The notes beneath the pieces were generated by a model. It saw only the letters and a list, made by a program, of their open reading frames with translations, was not told the DNA's origin and did not search any database. Both the position numbers and the translations under genes were made by a program. Shown piece by piece: positions 1 through 9,721 of a DNA stretch of 32,516 nt. This DNA comes from Hyphomicrobiales bacterium (GTDB lineage Bacteria; Pseudomonadota; Alphaproteobacteria; Rhizobiales; Beijerinckiaceae): positions 12,231 through 44,746 of the forward strand of contig PLUH01000177.1 in assembly GCA_003164825.1 (NCBI GenBank), written 5' to 3'. The stretch's first letter is position 1. Every line of letters begins with the position of its first letter.

Positions 1-782
1 TCATTCGAGGCTCGCACATGCGCCGCACGGCGCGATGTCTCGACTTTGCGCCCGACCATTTGGGTAACGACTTTCGGCAACGTCGTTTCGTTCACTGGGC
101 CGTCCGCCACCACCTCGCCGTCGCGCATGACGGTCAAGTCGTCGCAGACCTCGAATATTTCCGCGAGATAGTGTGAGATCAGGACAAGGCCGACGCCTTG
201 GGAAGCAAGCTGCCTGATGAGGCGCAGTGCGACGCGAACCTGGGAGTCCGTCAAAGAGGACGTCGGCTCGTCCAGGATGAGGATCCTCGGCTCAAGGCTT
301 ACCGCCTTCACGATCTGCACCATCTTCTTGATGTCGTTTGCAAGCGCGCTGACGGTCTCGTCAGGGTCGACCGCGATTTCATATTTCTCGAGCAGGCTCC
401 GCGCCGCCGCGCGCATGGCCTTGCGGCGAATAATCCCGAGCCGGTAGGTCGGCTCATTGTTGAGGAGAATATTTTCGCTGACGCTCATCGTCTGGACGAG
501 GTTGATGTCCTGATGCACGGTAACAATGCGTTGCTGCAGGGCCCGCTCGGCGCCGGCGAACCGAACCGGCCGCCCCTCGAGTTCGATCGTTCCCGCATCA
601 GGCGCGTGCACGCCGGCGATTATCTTCGCGAGCGTTGACTTGCCGGCGCCGTTCTCCCCGACGAGACCGCGTACGCGACCCGCCGCGATCGAGAAATCGA
701 CGCCGCGAAGGGCGCGGACAGCGGCGAAACTACGGGACAGCCCCCTGCATTGCAGTAGGACCGCGCCCCCTTCCTCAGCCAT
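1..782 (-). CDS. Sugar ABC transporter ATP-binding protein (RbsA/MglA-type), 3' end runs off the window
   Basis: Not in the ORF track. Manual translation from ATG at 782 (alternative GTG at 788) gives MAEEGGAVLLQCRGLSRSF...GENGAGKST (Walker A)...VHQDINL...ILILDEPT (Walker B)...LISHYLAEI...VMRDGE. The frame stays open to position 1. Confidence 0.93.
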   Translation of the reverse strand, partial: MAEEGGAVLLQCRGLSRSFAAVRALRGVDFSIAAGRVRGLVGENGAGKSTLAKIIAGVHAPDAGTIELEGRPVRFAGAERALQQRIVTVHQDINLVQTMSVSENILLNNEPTYRLGIIRRKAMRAAARSLLEKYEIAVDPDETVSALANDIKKMVQIVKAVSLEPRILILDEPTSSLTDSQVRVALRLIRQLASQGVGLVLISHYLAEIFEVCDDLTVMRDGEVVADGPVNETTLPKVVTQMVGRKVETSRRAAHVRASN

Positions 783-790
783 GGACACTC

Positions 791-828
791 GCGGCCCGGT
801 CGCGCGCCTCCCTCGCGCGCCGGCCCGC
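791..828 (-). other. GC-rich stem-loop between the SBP gene and the ATPase gene
   Basis: GCGG-c-CCGG-t-CGCGCG pairs with CGCGCG-CCGG-c-CCGC around a 7-nt loop (AGGGAGG on the minus strand). No U-tract. Confidence 0.55.
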
Positions 829-860
829 GTCTAATGAGAAAGTCTCGACGGGTGACGCCG

Positions 861-1820
861 TCACTTTCCGGTGACCTGCGGATCGTTGGCAAATTCGGCG
901 GCGTTCGCCTTGGTCAGCAGTTTGGTGTCGAGCCCCAGGAATTCATTGACCTGCCCGCCTTGAAGTTTGGTGATGACGGTGTTCATGCCCTCGTAGCCCA
1001 TCTTGAAAGGGTCTTGGACCACCAGGGCGTCGATCTTGCCGTCCTTGACCATCTGGTAGGACACGGGATCAAGATCGAATCCGACAAGTTTGACTTGGCC
1101 TGCCTTCCCCGCCTGCTCAAGGGCCTGGTAGGCGCCTTGCAGCACAAGCTGATTAAACGCAAAGGCGCCTTTCACGTCTGGCTCCGAGACCAGAAGGTCT
1201 TCCATCGCCTTGCGTGAGTCGTCGAACGTCAACCGCGCGACGGGTTGCTCGGGAAGCACTTGGAGACCGAGATCGGCCGACTTGCTCTCAAAGCCCTTGC
1301 GGCGGGTCTGGCCGTTATCGTTGGTCGGCGCGTGATCGAGCGTGATGACCTTGCTGCCCTTTGGAAGCAGCGACGCCATATATTCGCCAGCCGATTCGCC
1401 GCCCTTCTTATTGTCGGTGATGATCAGACTGATGTATTTGCCCGACCTGATGCCGATGTCGGTAATGACGACGGGGATGTTCTGGGCGTTGAAGATCGTC
1501 TTGATCGGCTCGGCGACCATGACGCTGTCGCCAGGGAAGATCAGGACGCCGTCGATCTTCTGAGCGCTCAGGTCTTCGAGATCGGAAACCTGTTTGGCCT
1601 TGTCGTCGTCGCCGCCGTTGGTGACGAGCAGGTCGATGTTGACGCCCTTCGCCTTCCATTCATCGACGGCTTTTTTGGCGCCATTGACCATCGTCACCAA
1701 GAAGGGATTGGTTCCCCAAAAGACGGAGTAGCCGATCTTGTAGTCTTTGGCCGATGCGGGAATCGTGCTGGCGAGCGCTCCGGTCAGCGCCCCAGCGATA
1801 AGCCATTTCATCGCACGCAT
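861..1820 (-). CDS. Sugar ABC transporter substrate-binding protein (RbsB-like, PBP type I)
   Basis: Signal peptide (MKWLIAGALTGALASTIPASA); motifs NPFL, TDN..GG, LVGFD, VVQDPFKMGY; GGAGGAG RBS upstream. Confidence 0.93.
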   Translation of the reverse strand: MRAMKWLIAGALTGALASTIPASAKDYKIGYSVFWGTNPFLVTMVNGAKKAVDEWKAKGVNIDLLVTNGGDDDKAKQVSDLEDLSAQKIDGVLIFPGDSVMVAEPIKTIFNAQNIPVVITDIGIRSGKYISLIITDNKKGGESAGEYMASLLPKGSKVITLDHAPTNDNGQTRRKGFESKSADLGLQVLPEQPVARLTFDDSRKAMEDLLVSEPDVKGAFAFNQLVLQGAYQALEQAGKAGQVKLVGFDLDPVSYQMVKDGKIDALVVQDPFKMGYEGMNTVITKLQGGQVNEFLGLDTKLLTKANAAEFANDPQVTGK

Positions 1821-2095
1821 GGTGGTACTCCTCCCTTGTCAAAACTCTTGTTGACGGGCCGGACACTTTGATTGGCGCGACTATGGCGGCGTCCACGTCC
1901 GGCCCTTGCGATGATCCAATCATCCGCGATAGTGGCTGTCAAACCACAAGGGCTTCGACAGAAGACGAGGCGTCCGACGTCACCGACGCCAATGGCTGCT
2001 CGCGGCGCATTGCGGAAACGGCGACCGCAGTGATAGGAATCGCGTCACCAGCCTTTCAGATTGAGTCTGGCGCAAAGCGGGCGGAGGAAGCATTT
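1821..2095. promoter_or_regulatory. Divergent promoter region between two SBP-led ABC operons
   Basis: 275-nt gap between divergent starts. Contains a 9-bp inverted repeat (GGGCCGGAC 1856-1864 / GTCCGGCCC 1897-1905) and GTCAA-N8-TTGAC at about 1838-1855. Exact promoter elements not resolved. Confidence 0.55.
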
Positions 2096-3175
2096 ATGTC
2101 GATAGGCAGGCATCTGGCGTGCGTGACTCTTGTTCTTGGATTCGGCGCCCTGGCTTCCGCCGCCTGGGCCGACGATGAGATTACGATCGGATTCGTCACC
2201 CACTCCCAAGGCGACCCCTTCATCCAGCAGATCATCGATGGTGCGCAGGCTGCCGCCAATGATCTTGGGGTTACGCTCAAAGTGGCGCAGCAGCAGGGGG
2301 CAGCGCCCGACGGTCAGTTGAAACTCGTGCAGAATATCGTCAATGCCGGCGCGCAGGGAGTCGCGACCTCGGTTCCGGGCGATTCGATGGCGAACAGCCT
2401 CAACGACATCATCGCCAGCGGTGTTCCGATCGTGCAGTTCAATCTGCTGAGCGCAGCGGTCAAGGCGCCCTACGTCGGCGAGAAGTCGACCCAAAGCGGC
2501 CGCATATTGGGCAAATCAATTGTCGACAAACTTGGCGGCGCTGCGACCAAGGGAAAAGTCATCATCGGCAACTGTTTTCCTGGCCTGACCGTGCTCGAAA
2601 ATCGCGCCAGAGGCGTGGAAGAGTCGCTGAAGACCGCACCCGGTATCGCCATTCTCGGTCCCTTCGATGTGAAGGTCAGCGCTGTCGAGAATTACAATCA
2701 TTGGGAGCAGCTCTATGCGGCGAATCCCGACGCGGTCGCCCTCGTCGGCCTATGCGCTCCAGATGTCGCGAGTCTGGGCAAGCTGAATGCTGCTAACGCC
2801 GACAAATTTGTCGCTGGCGGTTACGACCTGACCGCGCCGAACCTGCAAGCAGTCAAAGACGGGCATGCTTATGTGACGCTCGGACAGAGTGCGTTCGTTC
2901 AGGGATATCTTCCAGTCGCGCTGCTTGTGCGCGCGATCAAGAGCAAGAAGCCGCTTGAAGTCGGATTCTACAATGCTGGCACTCAAGCCGTAACCGCCAG
3001 CAGTGTCGATATGGCGAACAATCTGCCGGCGATGACATTTGCGGAGCTTCAGGCGATTTCCGCAGACCCGAAGGCGACTGCGGCTTTCTATAAGCCCTGG
3101 TCGCAATGCGTGAACGGACCTGACGCCGGCAAGAGCTGCGCGACGATCGAGCCGATCGCGGCTGAAGCACAGTAG
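2096..3175 (+). CDS. Sugar ABC transporter substrate-binding protein
   Basis: Start moved from 1868 to ATG 2096 because of a GGAGGA RBS and a signal peptide ending ASAAWA. Motifs GDPF, GGYDL, LGQSAFVQGY fit the PBP type I fold. Confidence 0.9.
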   Translation: MSIGRHLACVTLVLGFGALASAAWADDEITIGFVTHSQGDPFIQQIIDGAQAAANDLGVTLKVAQQQGAAPDGQLKLVQNIVNAGAQGVATSVPGDSMANSLNDIIASGVPIVQFNLLSAAVKAPYVGEKSTQSGRILGKSIVDKLGGAATKGKVIIGNCFPGLTVLENRARGVEESLKTAPGIAILGPFDVKVSAVENYNHWEQLYAANPDAVALVGLCAPDVASLGKLNAANADKFVAGGYDLTAPNLQAVKDGHAYVTLGQSAFVQGYLPVALLVRAIKSKKPLEVGFYNAGTQAVTASSVDMANNLPAMTFAELQAISADPKATAAFYKPWSQCVNGPDAGKSCATIEPIAAEAQ

Positions 3176-3209
3176 ATAAGCAATCGGCGTCCACGCGTTT
3201 GGATCCTCG

Positions 3210-4724
3210 ATGGTCGACTCGCCACTCGTCGCCGTCCGCGGTCTACGGAAGCGCTATGGGGGCGTTGTCGCTGTAGACGGTATGAACCTCACCGTGCATC
3301 GCGGTGACGTTCATGCCGTTGTCGGGGAAAACGGCGCGGGCAAATCGACCCTGATGAAAGTGCTCGCGGGCGTCGTACGCCCGGACGCCGGCGAGATCGA
3401 GTTCAATGGCGTACCGGTCGTCATAAGTTCGCCGGCGGTCGCGCGCCAGCATGGCGTCGGCATAGTCTATCAGGAACTGAGTCTGTTCCCGCAACGCTCG
3501 GTTCTGGCGAATTTGTTCGTCAATCGCGAGCCGTTGCGGCGTGGGCTGGTCTCGATCCGCGCCATGGAGGAGCGCAGCAGCGATTTGCTCAACCGCCTCG
3601 GTCTGCGGTTCGACGTGCATTTGCCAGTGAGTCGGCTCAGCATCGGCGAGCGGCAGCTTGTCGAACTCGCTCGCGTGCTCCTCGAAGAGCCGCGCCTGCT
3701 CATTCTTGACGAACCCAACTCCGCCCTCAATGAACGGGAGACCCAGAGGCTCTTTGATGTGCTGCGACAGCTCAATCGTCGCGGCATCACCATGCTCTAC
3801 GTCTCTCATCGTCTCGAGGAAGTTTTCGCGATCTGCAACCGGATTACCGTGACCCGCAATGGGCGCGACGTATCTACGAAAGACCGGGCGCGCCTGACCA
3901 TTTCGGAGGTCATCGAGGGGATGATCGGCGCCCCACAGACGGCCCTGTTTCCACCGCCGCTGCCAGGGCAAAGCAGTCGCGAGCCGGCGGCTGTCATCGT
4001 CAAGGGACTAAGCGGCGGCGCGCTGACGGATGTCGCTTTCACCGCTCAGTCCGGGGAAGTCGTCGGCTTTGCCGGGCTCGAAGGCTCCGGCGTCGCGACA
4101 TTGTTCGGAATATTGTTCGGGACGCAAAAAGCGCGCGCCGGCGATGTGACCTTTCCGGACTCCAGGGGACTGCCGCGCAGCCCCACCGAAGCGGCGCGCC
4201 GCGGGATTGCGCTCGTTCCCTCTGACCGGCGACGAAACGGCCTGATGCTTGAGAAAAGCGTGCTGTTCAACATGAGTCACGTTGCGATTGGCGCGCTCAA
4301 GGACGGGCTGCCGTGGTTCGATCATGGGACGGCGCTGAAACGGGCGCTCCGGCAAATCGACCGCCTGCGCATCAAGACGCGCTCGGCTGGCGCCTTGGCC
4401 AGCGAGCTGTCCGGCGGCAACCAGCAGAAGATCGTGGTCGGCAAATGGCTGGAAGTTGCGCCGAGCGTGATTCTGCTGGACGATCCCACACGCGGCGTCG
4501 ACGTCGGCGCCAAGCGCGAGATCTATGCGCTGATCCGGCGGGTTTCAGCTGGCGGCCGTATCGTTCTGTTCAGCTCGACGGAACTGCCCGAACTGATTGG
4601 CCTCTGCGATCGGATTATCGTGCTTTATCACGGTCGCATCGCCGGCGAGATCAAGGGGGGCGAGATTGACGGACCGGCTTTGCTGCACGCGGTCAACACC
4701 GGCGAAATCCCGCAGGCAGCATAG
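3210..4724 (+). CDS. Sugar ABC transporter ATP-binding protein (two NBDs)
   Basis: [28 protein letters not shown]; second domain LSGGNQQK and [13 protein letters not shown]. Confidence 0.96.
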   Translation: MVDSPLVAVRGLRKRYGGVVAVDGMNLTVHRGDVHAVVGENGAGKSTLMKVLAGVVRPDAGEIEFNGVPVVISSPAVARQHGVGIVYQELSLFPQRSVLANLFVNREPLRRGLVSIRAMEERSSDLLNRLGLRFDVHLPVSRLSIGERQLVELARVLLEEPRLLILDEPNSALNERETQRLFDVLRQLNRRGITMLYVSHRLEEVFAICNRITVTRNGRDVSTKDRARLTISEVIEGMIGAPQTALFPPPLPGQSSREPAAVIVKGLSGGALTDVAFTAQSGEVVGFAGLEGSGVATLFGILFGTQKARAGDVTFPDSRGLPRSPTEAARRGIALVPSDRRRNGLMLEKSVLFNMSHVAIGALKDGLPWFDHGTALKRALRQIDRLRIKTRSAGALASELSGGNQQKIVVGKWLEVAPSVILLDDPTRGVDVGAKREIYALIRRVSAGGRIVLFSSTELPELIGLCDRIIVLYHGRIAGEIKGGEIDGPALLHAVNTGEIPQAA

Positions 4725-4780
4725 CAATGCGCGCCATCGGCTCCGACTCCATCGCACCGCGAAACCAGGAAGGAATTCCC

Positions 4781-5113
4781 ATGATACGTCGCGCTTTCAC
4801 GATGCGCCTGCAGCCCGGCAAACTCGCCGAATACAAACATTTTCACGACAACGTTTGGCCTGAACTGGTCGCTGAGATCGAGAACAGCGGCATCGCCACG
4901 ATGACCATATTCGAGAACGACCCGGTCCTCTTTCTCTATTCGGAAGTTATGGACGAGAACGCGTGGGACAAGCTCTGGCGCACCAAGATCCATGACAAAT
5001 GGTCGGAAGAGGCGATGAACCCGCTGATGTTTTTTCGTGACGATGGGATCGTCGATTCAAGCACCCTTCGGGAGGTCTTCCACCTGGAAACAAAAGCCGG
5101 CGCGGCGCGATGA
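4781..5113 (+). CDS. rhaM: L-rhamnose mutarotase family protein (divergent)
   Basis: ATG 4781 after AGGAAGGA. MIRRAFTMRL...EY18xxxH22xxxWPEL and C-terminal LREVFHL match the RhaM family pattern. Confidence 0.8.
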   Translation: MIRRAFTMRLQPGKLAEYKHFHDNVWPELVAEIENSGIATMTIFENDPVLFLYSEVMDENAWDKLWRTKIHDKWSEEAMNPLMFFRDDGIVDSSTLREVFHLETKAGAAR

Positions 5114-5931
5114 CCGACCTTGGTGGAAAGGTCGCCGTGGTCACCGGGGCGAGCCGGGGTCTCGGTCAACGCGCCGCTGTTCGGCTCGCGGCCCATGGCG
5201 CCTCGCTGGTGCTTGTCGCCCGCAGCGAGACGGCTCTGGCGGCGACAGCAAGCGGCATCCGCAAAAAAGGCGGGCGCGCCGAGGTGGTGGCGGCAAACTT
5301 GAGCGATCCGCGTTCGCTCGACGACGTCGTCGCGGCCGCTAATCGCGTAGGCCCGCCGGCCATCCTGGTCAACGCGGCCGGGACCTTCGGGCCGATCCAA
5401 CTCATCAAGGACAGCGATCCGCACGAATGGATCGAGACGCTGATGATCAACATGGTCAGCCACTACCTGACCTCCAGGGCTTTCGTCGGCGGAATGATCG
5501 ATCAGGGCTGGGGTCGGATCGTCAACGTGACCTCGGCAAATGCGCTGCATCCCCCCGGACCGCTTCACAGCGCCTACGGCACCAGCAAAGCGGCGCTCAA
5601 CCACTTTACCCGCCATCTCGCCGCAGAGGTCGAGGGCAGTGGCGTCACCGCCAATGTCATCCATCCTGGCGACGTTAAGACGGAGATGTGGGCCGACATC
5701 CGCCTCAAGGCTCAGGAGATTGGCTCACGGGGAACTCCGTTCCTGCAATGGGCCGATTGGGTCGAAGAGACAGGCGGCGACGATCCGGAAAAAGCGGCCG
5801 ATCTGATCCTCAATCTGATGGGCGATAGCGCCGCCTCGATCAACGGCCAGTTCTTGTGGATAAAAGACGGATTGCAGGCGCCGATCCCAAGCTGGAGCGC
5901 CCCGTCGGAATCCCTGCCTTGGCGGAAGTAA
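5110..5931 (+). CDS. Short-chain dehydrogenase/reductase, probably NADP(H)-preferring
   Basis: TGASRGLG, basic residue after beta2 (VARS), NAAG, YGTSK, HPG; ATGA overlap with the mutarotase gene. Confidence 0.93.
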   Translation: MTDLGGKVAVVTGASRGLGQRAAVRLAAHGASLVLVARSETALAATASGIRKKGGRAEVVAANLSDPRSLDDVVAAANRVGPPAILVNAAGTFGPIQLIKDSDPHEWIETLMINMVSHYLTSRAFVGGMIDQGWGRIVNVTSANALHPPGPLHSAYGTSKAALNHFTRHLAAEVEGSGVTANVIHPGDVKTEMWADIRLKAQEIGSRGTPFLQWADWVEETGGDDPEKAADLILNLMGDSAASINGQFLWIKDGLQAPIPSWSAPSESLPWRK

Positions 5932-5932
5932 T

Positions 5933-6949
5933 GTGACGAACGACACGTTGTCGCCGGAACCCGAAGCCGCCGAAGTCCCTGCTCTGCGCCGGCGCTCGTT
6001 TCGCTTGCCTGAGGAAATCGGCGTCATCGTCGCTTTGCTTGTGATGATCGTCGTCATCGGCGTCGCGCGACCGCGCTTTCTCAATCCAATCAATCTGCTG
6101 ACGATCCTCGGCAACACGACGTTCGAGGGCATGCTGTCGCTCGGCATGGTTTTTCTGCTGGCGATCCGCGAAATCGATCTTTCGGTCGGCTGGATGTTCA
6201 ATTTTTCCGCAGTCGTCGCCGCGCTGATGATGGTGGCGGGATTCAATCCCTGGCTGGCTGCGCTTGCCGGCGTGGGCTTCGGCGCTGTTCTGGGCCTCGT
6301 CAACGGCGTGCTCGCAATCGGCCTGGGGCTACCCTCGATCATCGTCACGCTGGGAACGTATTCAATGTTCGAGGGGTTGTCGCTGGTCGCCAACCAAGGC
6401 CGCGCGGTCTTTCCGACCGACCAGTCGAGCAGCTTCTTCGCGTTCGCCTCGATGAAAATATTTCGCGTCGTTCCGGTCGTTGGAATCCTTTTCGTGGCGT
6501 TGGCCATTGTCCTGCACATTGTGCTCCACCGTACGCGGTTCGGCTACCGAGTGCAGGCAGTCGGGAGCAACCCCGAGGCGGCCCGCTTTGCCGGGATTCC
6601 GATCGCGCTTGTGCGCGTGCAAACACTCGTCCTGATGGGCGCCATCTGCGGGCTTTCAGGCGCGACATATGTCGGTTTCCGTGGCGCAATCGATCCGCAG
6701 GAAGGGGCAGACTTCGCGCTCATTGTCATCGCGGCCGTCATCATTGGCGGAACCCCCCTCTCCGGCGGTTGGGGCACAGTGATCGGCGCGGTCGTTGGCA
6801 TGCTGATCATTCAGGTGATCAGCAGCGGCATTATCTTCTTCGGCATCGACGCGACCTGGAGCACATTCGTCACCGGCGCAGTCATCGTGCTCGCCGTCGC
6901 GCTCGATCAGATCGTGAAGCGTCAGAGGGAGAGAAGCGTGTCTTCCTAG
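5933..6949 (+). CDS. Sugar ABC transporter permease (RbsC family)
   Basis: Multiple hydrophobic segments; EIDLSVG, PSIIVTLGT, GSNPEAARFAGI, IAAVIIGGT; GTG start. Confidence 0.95.
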   Translation: MTNDTLSPEPEAAEVPALRRRSFRLPEEIGVIVALLVMIVVIGVARPRFLNPINLLTILGNTTFEGMLSLGMVFLLAIREIDLSVGWMFNFSAVVAALMMVAGFNPWLAALAGVGFGAVLGLVNGVLAIGLGLPSIIVTLGTYSMFEGLSLVANQGRAVFPTDQSSSFFAFASMKIFRVVPVVGILFVALAIVLHIVLHRTRFGYRVQAVGSNPEAARFAGIPIALVRVQTLVLMGAICGLSGATYVGFRGAIDPQEGADFALIVIAAVIIGGTPLSGGWGTVIGAVVGMLIIQVISSGIIFFGIDATWSTFVTGAVIVLAVALDQIVKRQRERSVSS

Positions 6950-8523
6950 CCCGGCTTGATCCCAGGCGAACCGTCGTCGATCTGGCGTTGACCGGGCAAC
7001 GAGTTCAGGCGCTTCGAGTCGATGAAGCGCGCCGCCATTTCGCCAACCACGAGGGCGGTGAGATTCGTATTGTGCATGACGTTGTCAGGATAAATGCTGG
7101 TGTCGGCGACCCGCAAATTGTCGAAGCCGCGCACACGAAGGTCCGGCCCGACGACCGCAGTCCGATCGCCGGGCGGCCCCATCCTGACCGATCCGGCCTG
7201 ATGATGGGCCGGCCCCATCGCTTCAGTCAACGCCTCGGCGATCGGCTTATCAAGATCGTCGATCGACACCGCGCCGTGCGACTGGAAGGTCCGCGTCGCC
7301 AGCATGGCCTTGACGAATGAACGGGCGTCGGCGAACCGGTCGCGATCCCGCTGGCTGGTATTGTATCGGTGGTCGATGACAGGCGGACGCGTCGGATCGG
7401 CGCTACGAATGCGGACCTCTCCGGTCGCCTCCTGCCGGGTCAGATAGGTCCAGAAGCCTGCCGTATGCTCTTCTTCGTCGACTGGAAACGGATGGGTCTG
7501 CCACTCCGGCTCGCCGGATGCGTTGGCTGGACCGCGCACATTCGCGGCAAAGAAGCGCCCGGTCGTCACCCCGAGCCCCTCGGCCCTGAACAGCATCGGA
7601 AAGCCGGGATGATCGGTCAGGTTGCGGCCGACCGGAAGGTCGGCGACGACGTCGATTCCAAGCGGTCGCAGCCATTCGGCTGGCCCGATTCCCGAGCGGT
7701 GCAGGATGGCCGGGCTGTTGTAGACGCCTGCGCTGATGACGATCTCGTCCGCCGAGACGGTTTGCCGCTCTTTTGCGCCATCGAGATAGGTGACGCCCTT
7801 CGCGCGGTCGCCTTCCAGAATGATGCGATCGACGTGGCAGCCGGCGCGAATGACGAGATTCGTGCGCGCGCGGGCGGCCCGAACGTAGGTCACGAGCGTG
7901 CCGAGGCGCACTTCTTTGTAGCGGTTATGCGGCATCGGCCCGACCACGCCCGCCTGGCCGTCGGGCGCGTTGAGGTCCGGCGCCTCTCGCACGCCAAGCT
8001 CGACGCAAGCGTCGTACATGGCGCGATTGACTGGCGCCCAGCTCTGCGGCTTATAGCGCTGGATGACGATCGGCCCGTTGCGGCCGTGGATCGAATCGTC
8101 GCCAAAATTGACGTCGTTCTCGATCGCGATGAACAGCGGCAGCACATCCGCCCACGACCAGCCCTTGTTTCCCATCGCGGCCCAGCGATCGAAATCGAAC
8201 GGGGCGCCGCGCGCTGCGATCGTCGCGTTGATCATCGATGTGCCGCCGACCAGGCGTCCGCGAGGCACTCGCAAGCTGCGTCCGCCCAATGTGCCGGCGC
8301 CGTCGGTATTGGTGAGATCCCAGTCGAACTCCGGAATCCCGGCGGCGCCGCGCCAATGGTGCTCGCCGCTGAAAGTAAAGAGCGGCGGCACGGTTTCCTC
8401 TTGCGGGAAATCGGGGCCGGCCTCGAGCAGCAGGACCTTACGCGAGGGATTTTCGGACAGACGCGCCGCGACAACGCCCCCGCTTGAGCCCGCGCCGACA
8501 ACGATGACATCATAGTGGTCCAC
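6946..8523 (-). CDS. GMC family FAD-dependent oxidoreductase (choline-dehydrogenase-like, cytoplasmic)
   Basis: GAGSSG, LLEAG, RGRLVGGTSMIN, GRNLTDHP, HHQAGSVRMG (catalytic His), NTN (His/Asn pair); no signal peptide; GTG start with GGGAGAGG RBS. Confidence 0.93.
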   Translation of the reverse strand: MDHYDVIVVGAGSSGGVVAARLSENPSRKVLLLEAGPDFPQEETVPPLFTFSGEHHWRGAAGIPEFDWDLTNTDGAGTLGGRSLRVPRGRLVGGTSMINATIAARGAPFDFDRWAAMGNKGWSWADVLPLFIAIENDVNFGDDSIHGRNGPIVIQRYKPQSWAPVNRAMYDACVELGVREAPDLNAPDGQAGVVGPMPHNRYKEVRLGTLVTYVRAARARTNLVIRAGCHVDRIILEGDRAKGVTYLDGAKERQTVSADEIVISAGVYNSPAILHRSGIGPAEWLRPLGIDVVADLPVGRNLTDHPGFPMLFRAEGLGVTTGRFFAANVRGPANASGEPEWQTHPFPVDEEEHTAGFWTYLTRQEATGEVRIRSADPTRPPVIDHRYNTSQRDRDRFADARSFVKAMLATRTFQSHGAVSIDDLDKPIAEALTEAMGPAHHQAGSVRMGPPGDRTAVVGPDLRVRGFDNLRVADTSIYPDNVMHNTNLTALVVGEMAARFIDSKRLNSLPGQRQIDDGSPGIKPG

Positions 8524-8636
8524 GGGACCTCTCCCACGCGCGCTCCTCGGCGCAGCTTCAGATTCTGCGCTTTTGAAGAGGCATCGCAGAAGTCGTCACG
8601 GTCCTGGGTGATCCGCGACGATCTGACGCTCATCTC

Positions 8637-8662
8637 AGCCGGGCGAGCCAGCCCGCCCGGCT
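8637..8662 (-). other. Stem-loop just downstream of the SBP gene (mRNA stabiliser or weak terminator)
   Basis: Perfect 9-bp stem AGCCGGGCG / CGCCCGGCT, 15 nt after the SBP stop. No U-tract. Confidence 0.6.
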
Positions 8663-8677
8663 TCCGCGCAAATGCGA

Positions 8678-9721
8678 CTACTTCGCGGCCGCCTCGACAT
8701 TATCCTTGTTGTAGATCGTAAACGGCCCCATCAGGATACGCAGTCCCTTGGCGCGGGTCGGATCCTTGGTGATCGTGTATTCGCCCATGCGGCCGGCCTT
8801 GAACTTCGCGCCCTCTTCAGCTTTGAGCGCGTCGGCAGCGAGCAGATAGGTCGTGTAGTAGGCGAGATATCCGAGATCGATGAAGCTCCACAAAGCGAAT
8901 TCCGGCGCGCAGCCGTTCTTCGTGTAGGCGAGCATTTCGCTTGGCAGGCCGAGACCGCTAATCTTCACCTTGTCGCACAGCTTCTCGTCCTGCAACGCTT
9001 TGGCGCCGGCGACGATCCCAACCGACGTAGGCGACATGATCACCTTCAGGTCAGGATATTTGTCGACAAGGGCCTGCGCCTGCGTATAGCTCTTTTCCGA
9101 CTCGTCGTTTCCGTAAACGGTATCGACTAAATCGAGCTTTGCGTATTTGGGGTCCTTCAGCGCCGTCTTCATTGCGGCGATCCAAGCATTCTGGTTGGCA
9201 GCGTCGGGCGAAGCCGACAGAATGGCAAACTTGCCGCCGCCGGGCCCGGCGAGATCGAGCGTCATGTCAGCCATGACCTTGCCAATCTCAGAAAAGTCGA
9301 CCTGAGCGACGAACACGTCTTCGCCCTCGGACGAGGGGATAGGCGAATCCCAGGTTACGACCTTGATGCCCTTGGCCTGGGCCGCTTTGGCTGCAGGCAC
9401 GATCTGGTCGCCGGAGTTGTTCGAAATCATGATCGCCTTCACGCCCTGGGTTGTGGCGTTGGTGACGATCTCGATCTGTCCGGCGACGCTGTTTTGCGGC
9501 GTCGGACCGAGGAACTGCAGCGGGGTCGGGTTCTGCAGCTCCTTTGCCGCTTCCTCAGCCCCTTTGTGCGCCTGGTCGAACGGGAGAATTCCAAGGAATT
9601 TCGGCAGCAGGACCATGCTGACCGCCTTACCTCGCGTCGCCATGGCGTCCTGCGCCAGCGCGCACTGAGGCAGCGCCGCCAGCACCGCCAGCGCCGCGGC
9701 GCCCATCAGAAATCTTGTCAT
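8678..9721 (-). CDS. Sugar ABC substrate-binding protein, RhaS/LsrB (rhamnose/AI-2-binding) subfamily
   Basis: True start is ATG 9721 (ATGA overlap with the permease, signal peptide ending CALA), not 10657. Motifs [40 protein letters not shown]. Confidence 0.9.
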   Translation of the reverse strand: MTRFLMGAAALAVLAALPQCALAQDAMATRGKAVSMVLLPKFLGILPFDQAHKGAEEAAKELQNPTPLQFLGPTPQNSVAGQIEIVTNATTQGVKAIMISNNSGDQIVPAAKAAQAKGIKVVTWDSPIPSSEGEDVFVAQVDFSEIGKVMADMTLDLAGPGGGKFAILSASPDAANQNAWIAAMKTALKDPKYAKLDLVDTVYGNDESEKSYTQAQALVDKYPDLKVIMSPTSVGIVAGAKALQDEKLCDKVKISGLGLPSEMLAYTKNGCAPEFALWSFIDLGYLAYYTTYLLAADALKAEEGAKFKAGRMGEYTITKDPTRAKGLRILMGPFTIYNKDNVEAAAK

